DNA of 64,000 bases from Tubulanus polymorphus (lineage: Eukaryota > Animalia > Nemertea), in assembly GCF_964204645.1 (NCBI RefSeq), contig NC_134029.1:8396850-8460849 (forward strand), in the 5' to 3' direction. The translations under genes were made by a program, and so were the position numbers. Below the pieces are notes generated by a model that had not been told where the DNA came from, searched no databases, and saw nothing but the letters and a program-made list of their open reading frames with translations. Shown in pieces: positions 14,638 through 26,488 of this stretch (position 1 is the stretch's first letter; each line of letters begins with the position of its first letter).

Positions 14638-15282
14638 ATAGGTTTTTTATTTAGGTATACACTGACATCGCACACAATCGAAACATGGTTCACATACTCA
14701 TCAAACAAGCCAGAAAAACATTTCCGTTTCTTGTTTCATGTTTATTTTTTCTGATAAATGCTAGGCTTTTATCAGGTCTACAAAATTTCAACAAATCAGA
14801 ATTCAGAATAATCGTACATGAAATTCAAAACTTTCCCAAAAAGATTTCAATCTTCTGCAATGTTGTGCACGCAATCAGCAGCGACTAGTGTGGGACTTCT
14901 TCAATTTACCTGATTGAAATACGTTTTAAAAAGTCCTCAATTTACCTAATTGAAACATTTAAAAAGATATCTCCATCAACTATAATGATGACCCAGCAAT
15001 GCCATCGTCGCAAGTGAAGACTGCTTGTTTAAGGCATGAAGTCGATGCTCAATTTCTTCTTATAGAGCGATTTTAAATCTATCCACAATTTTCTCGTAAT
15101 CTTCTTTGATGAATGGCGAATGAAAATTGTGCCACATACGACACATAGAGATTAATAGGAGTTTATCTAGATACGTACTTTGTCTAATTTTTGGATGTAA
15201 GGGTTAGATCAAAGTAAATTGAAAAGAAGTATGTATGAAAGAAGAATATTACTTTTTAATCTTAAAATATCACTCCACCCTG

Positions 15283-15467
15283 TTATCTATTTCATTCAGT
15301 AGATTTGGTTCGATTTCTATTCGACAAACCCACCACCCAAATTTACAAACCCACCACACCTGCAGGAGTGAAACAGGAGTGCCGAGTTTGCCTAAGAGTA
15401 AAAGGGGGCAGTTTTGTGCTTGGGGAGTGCCAAGTTTGCTCAAGAGTAAAAAGGGGGCAGGTTTGTG
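15283..15467 (-). repeat. Fragment of family E plus a 48-bp-period direct duplication (15376 and 15424)
   Basis: ACCCACCACACCTGC is the reverse complement of GCAGGTGTGGTGGGT seen at ~25991 and ~30325. GGAGTGCC(G/A)AGTTTGC..AAGAGTAAAAGGGGGCAG occurs twice. Confidence 0.6.
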
Positions 15468-15600
15468 TTTCTGCAGTGGATGCATCGGGATCAAACGGAC
15501 AGCGCTATGTGCATAGATAGACTGTTAGTAGGAAAGCGAGACAGACATGTGATATTACACTTAACATGTTTTTACAACTATGCGTATACATTCCGATATT

Positions 15601-16014
15601 TTAGTGGTACCATGTAGTGGGGTATATTCAAGTGGTGCCATGTAGTGGGGTTTATTTTAATGGTACCATGAAGTGGGGTATATTTGAGTGGTACCATGTA
15701 GTGGGGCATATTTGAGTGGTATCATGTAGTGGGGCATATCATAGTGGTACCATGTAGTGGGATTATATCTTAGTGATACCATGTAGTAGGGTATATCCAA
15801 GTGGTGCCATGTAGTGGGGTTTATTTTAATGGTACCATGTAGTGGGGTATATTTGAGTGGTATCATATGGTGGGGCATATCTTAGTGGTACCATGTAGTG
15901 GGGGTATATCTTAATGATACCATGTAGTTGGATATATATATTCTAGTGGTGCCATGTAGTGGGGTTTATTTTAATGGTACCATGAAGTGGTGTATATCTT
16001 AGTGGTATTATGTA
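15601..16014. repeat. 28-bp minisatellite, ~14.5 copies
   Basis: Unit ~AGTGGTACCATGTAGTGGGGTATATYTT, starting at 15603, 15631, 15659 and so on. Confidence 0.95.
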
Positions 16015-16387
16015 CCGAGGTAGCCAGTGTGCTGGGTTGTCATCACATATCGGAGGATTGATACTCGCGAGATTTGGATTCAGTTGCCTGATATCTGTCT
16101 GCAGGGTTCCCCTCGACGCAATTCAATTTCAGTTCATTCGTAATTAAATATAACTACGTAAACGTCCCGAAATTATTTGAACAGTTAGTTACTAATAATC
16201 TTACAAACAAAATGTCATTACAAACCAATGCGAATTACCGGGCCTTCGCGGCATGAAATTCGATTAAATCAGTTTAGTAATCACGTATTCTCATTCAGTA
16301 CTAATAATATCTTCCGAAATTGCCCCATTTGATGCACGGCCCTTATCTAATTTAGTCAATGGAAGCCGCGTTGGTTGTATACAAACT

Positions 16388-16670
16388 GGGCTGGCCTGGA
16401 CCTGAGTCAAATTTGGCCGTGGCTTATTAGAGAGCGCATTCACAAGTAAACTACTCACTCAACACTAAATGCTTCTGTGACCAAGTGAGGCAAGTCACTT
16501 CTAGAACCGATAAGCAGTTACGCGCAATTAATTGACCAGTCCTGAAATTTGGCATTGAATTCCGACGTTTTTAGTTGGGAAAATTTTCGCCCGGGTCAAA
16601 CAGGCTCAGGCCCATTTGCAACCCATGTAAACAGTTGGCCCAGACCAAAAATGCTTGTGTAATCACGTCT
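16388..16670 (-). mobile_element. Family A MITE, near full length
   Basis: Colinear with 41117-41429 (GAGTCAAATTTGGCC...TTAGAGAGCGC...ACTCACTC...GCTTGTGTAATCACGTCT). Another fragment lies at ~16980-17052. Confidence 0.75.
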
Positions 16671-16681
16671 ATAAGATATTA

Positions 16682-16931
16682 AAGCTGGCTTATACTAAAT
16701 TAAAGATATTAAAGCTGGCTGTGACTCGATGCCTACCAACGCAACTGGGTTTATTGGCGACTAGTGGCCTACGGTAGGCTGCACTTTGCCGTCATATCCG
16801 CTCCACATAAACTGGTTTATGACAGCAACCAACACCTACTGACTATTCGCAAGCCATATCTGGCTAGTTGCCCATGTTCCTATCAGTTGCGTCAGTAGGC
16901 GTTATGTGGCAGGTTGACATAAGCCAGCCTA
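16682..16931. mobile_element. Palindromic MITE
   Basis: GCTGGCTTAT...ATAAGCCAGC termini and inner arms GCCTACCAACGCAACTG / CAGTTGCGTCAGTAGGC. The left end is locally duplicated (AAGATATTAAAGCTGGCT x2). Confidence 0.6.
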
Positions 16932-18205
16932 GAGCAGACACGTTCATCTCGTGCCATGTCCATCCCGATTAAATTCACTAAGGCCTGGTCGTGTGAGCGC
17001 GCTCTCTAATCAGGTAGGACCAAATTTGGCTCGAGCCCGATCCGTGCCAATGGGGTACCTGCAAAACCAGCTATCCCCCCAGATGGCGTGACAAGCAGTA
17101 GGTCGTCAGTTATCAAAATTAGTTCATTTTCACTTTGAACTGGATTTGTAGACTCCTGAATCCATATATGACACAACACCCACCAAAAATATACAATACT
17201 TTCATTCTTCTACTCAGATATCGGTATAGTTTTCTTAAATAATTGATTTATTTAAGAGAAAAGTTAATTTAGATTTAATTGAAATGTAGAATAGATCGAA
17301 CGTGGAGTGACCATCAAGCCATTACCAACAATTTCGGTCATAATAGTGTAATATTTGGCCGCTGCACGGACTGCCATTGATCTGTTTTCAATTGTTGCAG
17401 ACCTCGTAGCGTAGCAACAATGGTCTGCTATTTTTCAAAATGGAGTGACTGCTTTTTTAGAAAGAACGTGACTTTAAAACGTTCACCAGTGTAAAACTTT
17501 TTTATTTTTCAAGATAGACCATCACAACCAGCGAGAAACTTGTTGGAAATGTTCTGAAGTTTTCATTCATATAAGATATGATAAACGGAATCTGATGTCT
17601 TTGAGTGAATTTCCAATTTCTTCCGACTTGACAGGTTTTCGTCAAATCTGCGAAATGGTGTTTTGAGAGCTTAAAAGTAAAACATTTTTTTCCAAATCCA
17701 GTCAATATTTTTTGGTTTTTCTCTAGTATATGGCTTATATTTTCGCCGTTTGATGACAATTTTTTATTGGTACTTCTATTTCCTAGTAATTATCGTCGGA
17801 ATATGGAGAAACGGGTTATTTTTACTGTGACAAATTGACAATCAATGGCGATAAAAATCTAATTTTTGAATTGGAAAAAGTAAACGATTTTTTCAAAGCT
17901 ACCCATACTTATTTTATATCATCGATTCGCAAATTTTTCAAATAAAATCAAGGTAACGAGAAAAGTTTGATTTAACATATGATATTTTAATAATAACCGT
18001 TAGAAGATGTTACGGCTTCAGAAATGCAGTTAATTGTTGCCAGCGATAATTATCAGAACTCGCGCGCGCGTAGTTATGGCTGTCTTTGAAAGTTCGTATT
18101 GCTACTAGCGACCGCTGGTGGATCCTCACCTGCCATACGTAGAATCCTTGATTGCCACAGTAACACTGCGGGTACCCCATTTGACCCTGGCCGAATCGTC
18201 TCCGT

Positions 18206-18271
18206 GTTCGTGGCTTTGCTCAATCTCTATTATCATCGGTTCGTGGCTTTGCTCAATCTCTATTATCATCG
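18206..18271. repeat. Perfect 33-bp tandem duplication
   Basis: GTTCGTGGCTTTGCTCAATCTCTATTATCATCG occurs twice. Confidence 0.95.
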
Positions 18272-18781
18272 AATTCATGAACCACCACGAAATGAATGTA
18301 GAAATAATATTTTCGTAATCAAACGGACGAACTTGGGATCGAGCGAGAAAAAATGGAATGAAATCAGGAATGTGGATGCGACTGTGGCCCGCGTAATCGA
18401 ATGAAGAAACTTTTTTGTTTGTTGCAGAAAATTGCCGAATCGATCATGACATTTATGGGCGGCGAGTTTTCGCGAATAAATGGTATATACTGCCGACGAT
18501 ATTTTTTAGTGCGCTGCGCGCGGTTGCGTAGATGATTCGATCCGAAGCGGAGGTGATCACCGTCATCGTCGTCATTGACGGCGACGGTCGGTGCCTGAAA
18601 TCGAAAAACTTATCCCATTTAACGATCGACCGCGACTCGAAGAAGATGAAGAATAAAACGAGGGGATGGTCGCAATTTCGATACTCGCCGAGGGAAGACG
18701 AAGCTGCTACGATCACGAGACGCTCCACCAGGATGAACGTCAATTTTCGGAGTTAGTCGAAACCGAATAACTGTAGTCCTG

Positions 18782-18889
18782 GATCCAGTTCCACAGTTGT
18801 GAGTTAGAGTTAACTCTGAGTTAAAATTAGTTCATTTACATTTAGTTAACTCTGAGTCAAATCTTAAAATAGAACTGTGGAACTGGATC
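18782..18889. mobile_element. Family C MITE, intact, CTG target duplication
   Basis: Perfect 17-bp TIR GATCCAGTTCCACAGTT / AACTGTGGAACTGGATC, with CTG at 18779-18781 and 18890-18892. Confidence 0.85.
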
Positions 18890-18923
18890 CTGGCTATCAG
18901 AGTCCGAATTATAGTCCTGAAAT

Positions 18924-19151
18924 CAGGGGCGGATCCAGGGGCTGGAAGAAAGGGGTTCACCTCATATGAAAAGGACACTTTATTGTTGTGGTGGGCGTCA
19001 ATTTTAGAAATTTTCAAGAAATTTTAGTGCATATTACTGCGGTAAGTATAACTGTGGACTATCGTCCAGATCAATGTCAAGTGGAATTTTTCAAAAAAAG
19101 GGCACTTGATCAGAGAACGGGGGTTTGAACCCCCCTTCTGGACCCGCCCTG
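18924..19151. mobile_element. Family D MITE, intact
   Basis: CAGGGGCGGATCCAG...CTGGACCCGCCCTG. GAAAT lies on both sides (18919-18923, 19152-19156), a possible 5-bp target duplication. Confidence 0.75.
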
Positions 19152-19284
19152 GAAATAGAAAACCACACGAACTTGAACACGGTCGCTATAGTTCTGACTT
19201 AGTTCCAAGATGGGCGACACTGTGAATTGCGCGTGTACAACGAACGAACTATCAGCTATACAATTCTTTAAGTAAAGTCGAAAG

Positions 19285-19328
19285 TATTCCTGAGGATAAC
19301 TATTAGAATATAGTCGAAACGTCGAATT
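19285..19328 (+). ncRNA. Minimal type-I hammerhead ribozyme motif (copy 1)
   Basis: Helix I AUUC/GAAU, core CUGAGGA (19290-19296), helix II ACUAU-UAGAAU-AUAGU, GAAA (19316-19319), palindromic ACGU helix III, and a GUC cleavage triplet (19321-19323). Confidence 0.65.
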
Positions 19329-19419
19329 TACTACTAGCTCTAGGAAACATTTTCGGACTTGATGTCAGTTTTTGGTTACAAATTGTGAGATTCTCGTCAT
19401 TATTTAGTATAGTCCAAAG

Positions 19420-19463
19420 TATTACTGAAGATAACTATTAGAATATAGTCAAAACGTCGAATA
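19420..19463 (+). ncRNA. Minimal hammerhead motif (copy 2, core GAAA mutated to AAAA)
   Basis: CUGAAGA at 19425-19431 with the same helix II, then AAAACGUC-GAAUA. The G>A change is at a CpG. Confidence 0.5.
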
Positions 19464-19877
19464 AACTACTAGCGCTAGGAAACATTTTCGGACTTGATTT
19501 TATTTTTTTGGATATTATTGTGGGATTCTCTCTGCATTATCGTCATTCAGATAATTCGACCGCGGCGACAAGTATTTCCAAATAATAGCTGATAAATCGA
19601 TACGGTTATCGATATTAGCCAATTTTGACAGGAAGCGCAGCAATCACCGCGCGGAAACGCGGTTTTATCACGGCGAGTACGCGGCCGACTGAACACGTAA
19701 TGGCGTAAAACAATTTACAAGCAGAACATCTAATTCTGTTTATCTATTTGAAGAGTTTTTTTTGTTATACTGGCGATATTGATGATGGCCAATACGGAAA
19801 TGCACTAAACAAGCGTTATATCAAAACTCGAACTGAGTCTAGGTTGAGGGAGGGGTATAATTTCAGAGAGAATATAC

Positions 19878-20165
19878 AAGTGCGATCGCACAAGCATTTT
19901 TGGCCCGTGCCAAATCAGGCCCACAATTACTGCTCATGCAGTTGCCAATTGGGCCATTGGGTGTTTGGCCTGTAAAGACGTTGGACCAGGCCGCGCGAGC
20001 TTGCATCAAATGATTGCGTTTGAATTGCAACTGGTTCGGGAAGTGACTCACTTCGCTTTGAGCATTGTGTAGTATTGAGTAAGTGGTTTACATGCTCTCT
20101 CATTAGGCACGGGCCAAATTTAACTCAAGCCTGATCCATACCCATCTGGCCTGGGCCCAGTCGTC
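19878..20165 (+). mobile_element. Family A MITE
   Basis: GCGATCGCACAAGCATTTTTGGCCCG...GCTCTCTCATTAGGCACGGGCCAAATTT. Another fragment lies at ~20535-20608. Confidence 0.75.
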
Positions 20166-21682
20166 TCATACGTAAGTTAAAGGTAAATCACGGCGATGAG
20201 TCCAATGACTATGATACTAATCAACTGTGACCAATTAGCAGCCATGAATAACAAAAGTGTAGTCTAGGCTAGATCTAATAATAAGTAAAAACGTATGTCT
20301 GTTTACTCGGAAATCATACCAGGGGTGTCATTACTGTGACATGAACTTCGCCTAATTTGACTTTTTGTCTGTTATGCACAAAAGCCCAGGAATTATTGGG
20401 GTCGATCAATTATCACCAGGCCTCAATGTTTATGATCATAATAACAATCCAGTTTCCATAGTCCTTTACACTATGATACAATGTGACAGGTATGGTTTTA
20501 GTTTGCATCTGAACAATTATACTGAAGTCTCTCAAATTTGGCCCAGGCCCAATTGATACCCATGTGAATCGCTAACCCGAGCCAGAAACGCTCATGAGAT
20601 TGCGGCTTACGAAGGACCGACCGCCAAACAGCTCGAATCTAAAGCTATGAAATGCCAGAAGATTGAAGAGCAGCAGGAAGAACATAAACCGGTATGATAT
20701 CAGAAAGGTACCGCGACAGATGTCCTCAGAGGACAATCGAAAATAATAAAAATTAGTTTTTTTTTGTTAAAGAAATCATCCACGGATCGCGCAGGAAGCC
20801 GATACAAATCATGGCCAGAATTGGCGTGATGTTTCCAGTTGAATTCGTGTCACAGACAACTCGTCTGTTCATTATAGAAACCCGGATCATAGATACGTAT
20901 ATATATACATCGCGCCATATGCCATTCAATCAACTACTTGTTTGGCGTTAACAAAAGCGCTTCTTTTTCGAACCAATTTCACCCCAGAAATGACAGCATT
21001 TTTCGACAATAAGAGACGATCGAGGCGTTCGTCGCGGTGAATGGCGTCCGGCTCATCTTGCATGCAACGCACGCCGTGTAGAGGAAATCACGAGCACCAA
21101 TTTGGAGACAAACTCATTGTAAATACAAATCCAAGGACAGATGCTAGCTGCTAGATGCCACACTTTCGCCGAATAGAAGTTATGAGTTATTCAAGTTAAT
21201 TTATTGTTGCCGAATGCGCTCCGGCTATCAAGATTGCGCAAGAATGGACCGACGCATATTCTTCGCCGTAGCAGATGTTCGGATACTAAGATAATAATTC
21301 ATAATTCATTGATAAGACGAATACTTATTCGTGATTACGCCAGTTCCTAGATTCTGATAGCAAACACCGAAGGCTTTTTAATGGTTAATAAAAATAAGAT
21401 TGTTCCAGCTGCTAAAAAGGGTCGTTCGATGGACCATAACGAAAAAGCTTACTTGAAAGTTTATTGATGCCTTGGAAAATAACACGTATATTGCGCAATG
21501 TTGTCAACAATGAAAGATATTATATAAAATAAATTGAATAATTTCAAGGAACAACAAAGTTATTTGAATCTGAATATAGCGATAATTGAATTGAATTGAC
21601 CGGCAAACAGTCCACCCCTGATGATGGCAGTGCATATCCTCTCAAAAATAATTATTGAAATTAATAAAAAATCAAATAAGAT

Positions 21683-21768
21683 TCATGAAATATATACAAT
21701 CAGTAAATAAACGCCAGAATTCACAATTGTAATTGCTATTTTGGAACGCCAATATTGATGATTTAGTG
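21683..21768. repeat. Dispersed repeat, inverted copy at 46351-46434
   Basis: AACGCC..A.TTCACAATTGTAATTG.TA.TTTGGAACGC..ATATTGATGA is shared in opposite orientation. Confidence 0.7.
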
Positions 21769-23381
21769 CACATCGACTCGCTCCGAACCCCTTATATAAC
21801 GCGTACTAGGTATCAATGTATATAAACATTATTGTAAAGGTTATTACTGCATCAAAAAATGTGCAGGAGGTGGGTGTCGAGTCTTAAAAGTTTCTAGCAT
21901 TCAATAAAAGTTTATCGCGAAAAGAATAAGTCCAAATGAAAAAAAGCGAAATTACGTAATGCACGTATGACATTTCTGTATTCTAGACTAGGTAACGATA
22001 TATAACTGGCAACTGGCCACAATCTGTGAGCAGCCTTATGAATTTTTTTTCTATTAATCAAATTATGTAATATTTCTATGCCATAAGATAAATGGATTTA
22101 TGACTTATGCCAATCAGAGTGGAAAATGTGCTTCGAAAAAAAAGAAAGAATTGACGCAATAGTTAAGTAAAAACGACAGATGACAGACTATACCTTGCTG
22201 AAGATAATTGAATATATCTGGCTCGACTATGTAGGCTGCTTACGGAAGTTAATTAGAGATTGGAAGACTATTACTCCCAAAGGGAAGAATGAAAATAAAT
22301 TTGTTTCGGACCATCTGTTCTGCTATATACCGCTGCTATGATATGAAATGTATGAATAATGGGAAAATTTCTACAGTAGGATTGGGTATGAATACTTTTT
22401 TCAGGCGGGAAAAAACTTTTGAAATCGGTTTATTCGAAAATTGTTCATCGTCACTTTACATCAGAAGGTCCCTAGAAATTGGAGGTGCACAAAGTTTATC
22501 ATGCGCCAAACATATCAAAGCATATCAGACATTGTTTTTAGTATAGGATCTTCATGAAATGTTTTTAGCTGTATTGTGAAATTTTCATACAAATCTTTTT
22601 ACCACATCTACCTGTGCTATCTGCCTAGCGTCATCATTCATGGGCTATTCTAACTGTTGAGTGATAAACCGCCCACAATTTCCGAGTATAAATGGTACGG
22701 TCTCCGTGAAAGAGCGAAATCTATTGACTCGCTCTATCAACATCGACAACAGTCGTAGCTGCGTGTGGACATCGTCCTAAAAATGGCTGTGACTCAAACA
22801 GATATAAAAGTATTTAATTACATATTAATTGCCCGTTTCTGACACAATCTTTGATTTCCCGAGGGATGAAATAATGCTCGGCGCTTTTTTATGGTCAATA
22901 ATGAATCGTTCGAACTAATTAAGGCCGGACGGAAACTGGTGGAACCACGCTAAGAAAAAACTATTTCTACGTAACATCATCTCGTTGAAATTCCGTCCAA
23001 AACGATGACCGAGAATTCAGATAGGTTTTACTTATAAAAACAACTTACACCAGACGACGCAGCCACCTGCAAAATAATTCTAGGGCTTGTCAGCCAATAG
23101 GCTGAGTCAAGGTTCTTAAAATGGAGGAAGGGCTTAGATTTCAGGCTCAGCTTGCCTTACATTGGTCATATAGCCAGTCTAATCTTCAGGCCAGGCTATG
23201 CCGGTATATGGTAATACATATTTTCCGGGTACATTTAATCCAGGGATATATATTTCTGGGACATTCTTTCCGCGGACATTTTTACCTATATTTGGCTTTG
23301 CCATATATTGGTCATATAGCCAATCTATCAGTCCAGACAGTCACGCATAGAAGTTAACCTGTAAGGGTTGAAACATTTTAA

Positions 23382-23677
23382 CCCTTTCAGCGCTGACAAA
23401 TTGATAATACCTGAAAGTGCTGGAGATAATTTAAAATCTTTTTTTTTAATAGAAATTCCACCTCAGTACATAACAGGCACACCGCTTTATTGCATCTACA
23501 CCGCAGCACAGTGTATGTTTACTTGCTTTTATTCCACTATGTTTCACAGGTGCTGCCATCTTTCAATAGAGATAAAAACTAATTACTAATAGAATCACAA
23601 TACACTGCGTTGCCGTGTACTAGCGAAGTTCATCACTGATTTATACACAGCACTGCGGTGTAGACGCACTGAAAGGG
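23382..23677 (+). mobile_element. piggyBac-like MITE (family B), full length
   Basis: TTAA|CCCTTTCAGCGC...GCACTGAAAGGG|TTGA. A partial copy ends at 26966 with GGG|TTAA. Confidence 0.85.
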
Positions 23678-24531
23678 TTGAATGAGTAGTCAAAATACCG
23701 AGTCTATCCATACAGCTGGTCTCACGATTCAAGTCGTCCATTTTAGATTTAGATTACCATCGTAAGAAATCTAATTGGTAATACACACTGCACAACTGGG
23801 TCGATGAGTCTAGAAGTGATAGCACTTCGTTTGAGATACTCTATATGAAATATAAAAAATTTGGAAATTTTTCAGATCGCTTTTTAATTCATTTCAACAT
23901 TTCAGATGTAGCAGTCGGCGACAATACATGTGTCATTCGATGAATAAGCCCTTATAACTACGCCGCGATATACATATATTATTCTTCCGAATTCGATACG
24001 ATACGTCTTGCCGGCGTCTTTTGTTCCGCGAGAGCCGCGCGGCCGATTTCTAATGCCCGAGTGGGTAAAACGAGTCTGAAACAAACAGATGGCCGTCGTT
24101 TAAGTGACAGATGCGTCAGTTGACGACACCGACGAACTCGAGCCCCGCGGTTGTATGCGCCGTTCTTCCTTAGCCTCCGAAGTGTTAACAACTCTAATAG
24201 CTGCACTCTCTCATTTACGGTTAACTCGTCGTCGGACCACCGTTGTTGTTAATTAACGAATTCATTTCCACATTCTGCATAGGTTTATACATCGACGAAT
24301 CAATAGAAGGATGCACATTTGGACGGTTCTCAACTGATTGCTATCCGTCAATCTGGCCCTGGTTGAAAGGGCGACTGACGATTAGGCTATCACTATAAGC
24401 TCATATAGGGGTCAGATCTTGGATTTCTCAAAAGGGAGGTGCGGAAAAAAGGGGAAACTATACTTCTTAACTATACCTCATAGCCGGCGCTGTATGAGCA
24501 CTGACGGCATGAAGCCGGTGGGGGTTCTGTG

Positions 24532-24795
24532 CAGGCGCAGATCTAGAGGGGGGGGGGTGTTTTCAGGGGTCGTGACCTCCCTGCTCAGCTACCAAAAAAT
24601 TTTTTCAATTGGTTTTTTTCAAGGAATGTGCACAAGACGAAGCGGGTGAACAGTACTACATAATCGGTAACATATCATCTTATGTTTGGCCAAAAAATAT
24701 GCCGTATAGGCCCCCTATCAGAGATTTTAGTCGGCAGTTTAACATTAACATTCCTTATGAGCCCCCTCCTGGAAAAAGTCCTGGATCCGCGCATG
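24532..24795. mobile_element. Family D MITE
   Basis: CAGGCGCAGATCTAGAGGGG...CCCCTCCTGGAAAAAGTCCTGGATCCGCGCATG. Confidence 0.65.
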
Positions 24796-25814
24796 CTCTC
24801 CACCAGAAAATTTCCAAAATCTAGACTTATTTCAGTTGTTTTCGGGGCACCAGAAGACTTCTTTCTATGTTATGGCGACTGTGAAACTTTAAATATATCT
24901 ATGAAAATGAATTCAAAAAGTTGGGGCCAGAAAAAACGGAAAATTGTGCTTGATGCTTTCAATGTAGCCATGGTAAGTCTGAAAATAGTACCCCCACATA
25001 TATCCTGCCAATAATCCGTTAACTATTATAAAAATAATCGAATTCGTAAAACCTACTATTTCATACTTGAAGCGTTTTTCTAAAAAGAACATTCGATCCA
25101 GTATACTGAGTGTACGAGAGGCGAGAGACAGTGCGAAACCCGACAATCCTACGAAAACAGCAAAGTATCGTTTCCTCCAGGTGCAGCAGGTGTGTTAATT
25201 ATGTTATAACACATTCGGAAAGGCTTCTAGTGTCAACAACCCCTGAAGGATGTCTCCCGATCCTCAGTCATTCTCAATCTGGTCTCAAATTAATATGGCT
25301 CAATCTATCATATGCCTCATCGAATCCTACACATGCTCAATGACAATAATCAACAATTAAATACAAACGAAAAGTCGATTCTCATTGGTTCAGTCCTAGC
25401 TGTACAACTCTCATTAGTTCAAAAAGAAACCCTGCTGACTACCCCTTACAATGAAATTGGTAAATTCGGGAAAACGTGAAAAAATGGCGCTCGTAGAATG
25501 TACTTTAGTATGGATAGCAGCCATTTTTATCATTAGGGGGGTCAGGTTTTTTCAACAATGGGTAGACACCTTTGGTCTGAATCTCACTTTGACAGTTCTA
25601 GTTGAAAGCGATATCATTAAATCGATGACAGCCCTTAGGGCAGCAGTAAAACCCTGGAATGAAACACTATTTGAATGCAAAACCCTCTGTTAATACAAAA
25701 TGTGCTTTACAGACAACTTTACAGTTAGAAAAATCCATCGATCAGAATCCATATCATCTTATGTTTGGCCAAATATATATAAAATATATTTGGCCAAAAA
25801 ATCCATGATACCAA

Positions 25815-26064
25815 AATCAGTCGCTTGCCGGTTCAGACTGAATGGAAGATTGTTTCGATGAACCGGAACCGAATTTCCAATTATGTACTCCGATTTAAAA
25901 ATATTCTGTTAACTCGACCGCCGATCACACATCTATATCTGTACTTCAATTTCCGATTTCAATATCAAACAACCCCATGTTTCGCTCCCGGCAGGTGTGG
26001 TGGGTCTGTAAGGGACACTCAATCGAAAAATCAAACAAAATTTACCAGCCAAATAAATAAATAA
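25815..26064 (+). mobile_element. Dispersed repeat family E (SINE or LINE-3'-end-like)
   Basis: Colinear over ~240 bp with 30148-30390 and ends in an (AAAT)n tail. Confidence 0.65.
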
Positions 26065-26210
26065 AGGGGACAATCCCTATTTTAAGATCAAAAGAAAAAA
26101 AAAGAAAAATCCATCGAACTTTACAAGGAATACGTTAAGCTAAACAATACCAAATTAAGAAATGTAATAACAATGTATGATGAATTTGAGGTAGGGACCT
26201 TTAGAATATA

Positions 26211-26488
26211 AGCTGCGATCACACAAGTGTTTTTTGGCCCGGAACAACTGTTCACACGGGTGCTAAATGGGCCCAAAGCTAAATTTGGCAACGTCGGAAC
26301 AGGCCCGAGCCAAATTTTAGCATAGGAAAAATGATTGCGTTAGAATTGCAAATGGTTCCGAAAATGACTCACGTTGGTTTGTTTGAGCATTGTTTAGTAT
26401 CGAGTGAGTAGTTTACGTATGATTAGGCATGTGCCAAATTTGGTTAGGGCCTGATTTGTGCCAATAAGGCGTGGGCCAAATTGTCTGT
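26211..26488 (+). mobile_element. Family A MITE, near full length
   Basis: AGCTGCGATCACACAAGTGTTTTTGGCCCGG...GGGCCAAATTGTCT. Confidence 0.8.

Larger units (their letters stand above)
19268..19547 (+). repeat. Tandem dimer of a 135-bp unit, Penelope pLTR / retrozyme-like
   Basis: CTGA(G/A)GATAACTATTAGAATATAGTC(G/A)AAACGTCGAAT...CTAGGAAACATTTTCGGACTTGAT starts at 19290 and again at 19425. Confidence 0.85.

Noticed and set aside
15170-15237. AAAGAAGTATGTAT matching the 3' part of miR-1
   Set aside because: The seed TGGAATG is absent and the hairpin is poor.
22180-22341. Peptide KIIEYIWLDYVGCLRK resembling a glutamine synthetase N-terminal motif
   Set aside because: The similarity is limited to a few residues, does not continue, and no further exons were found.
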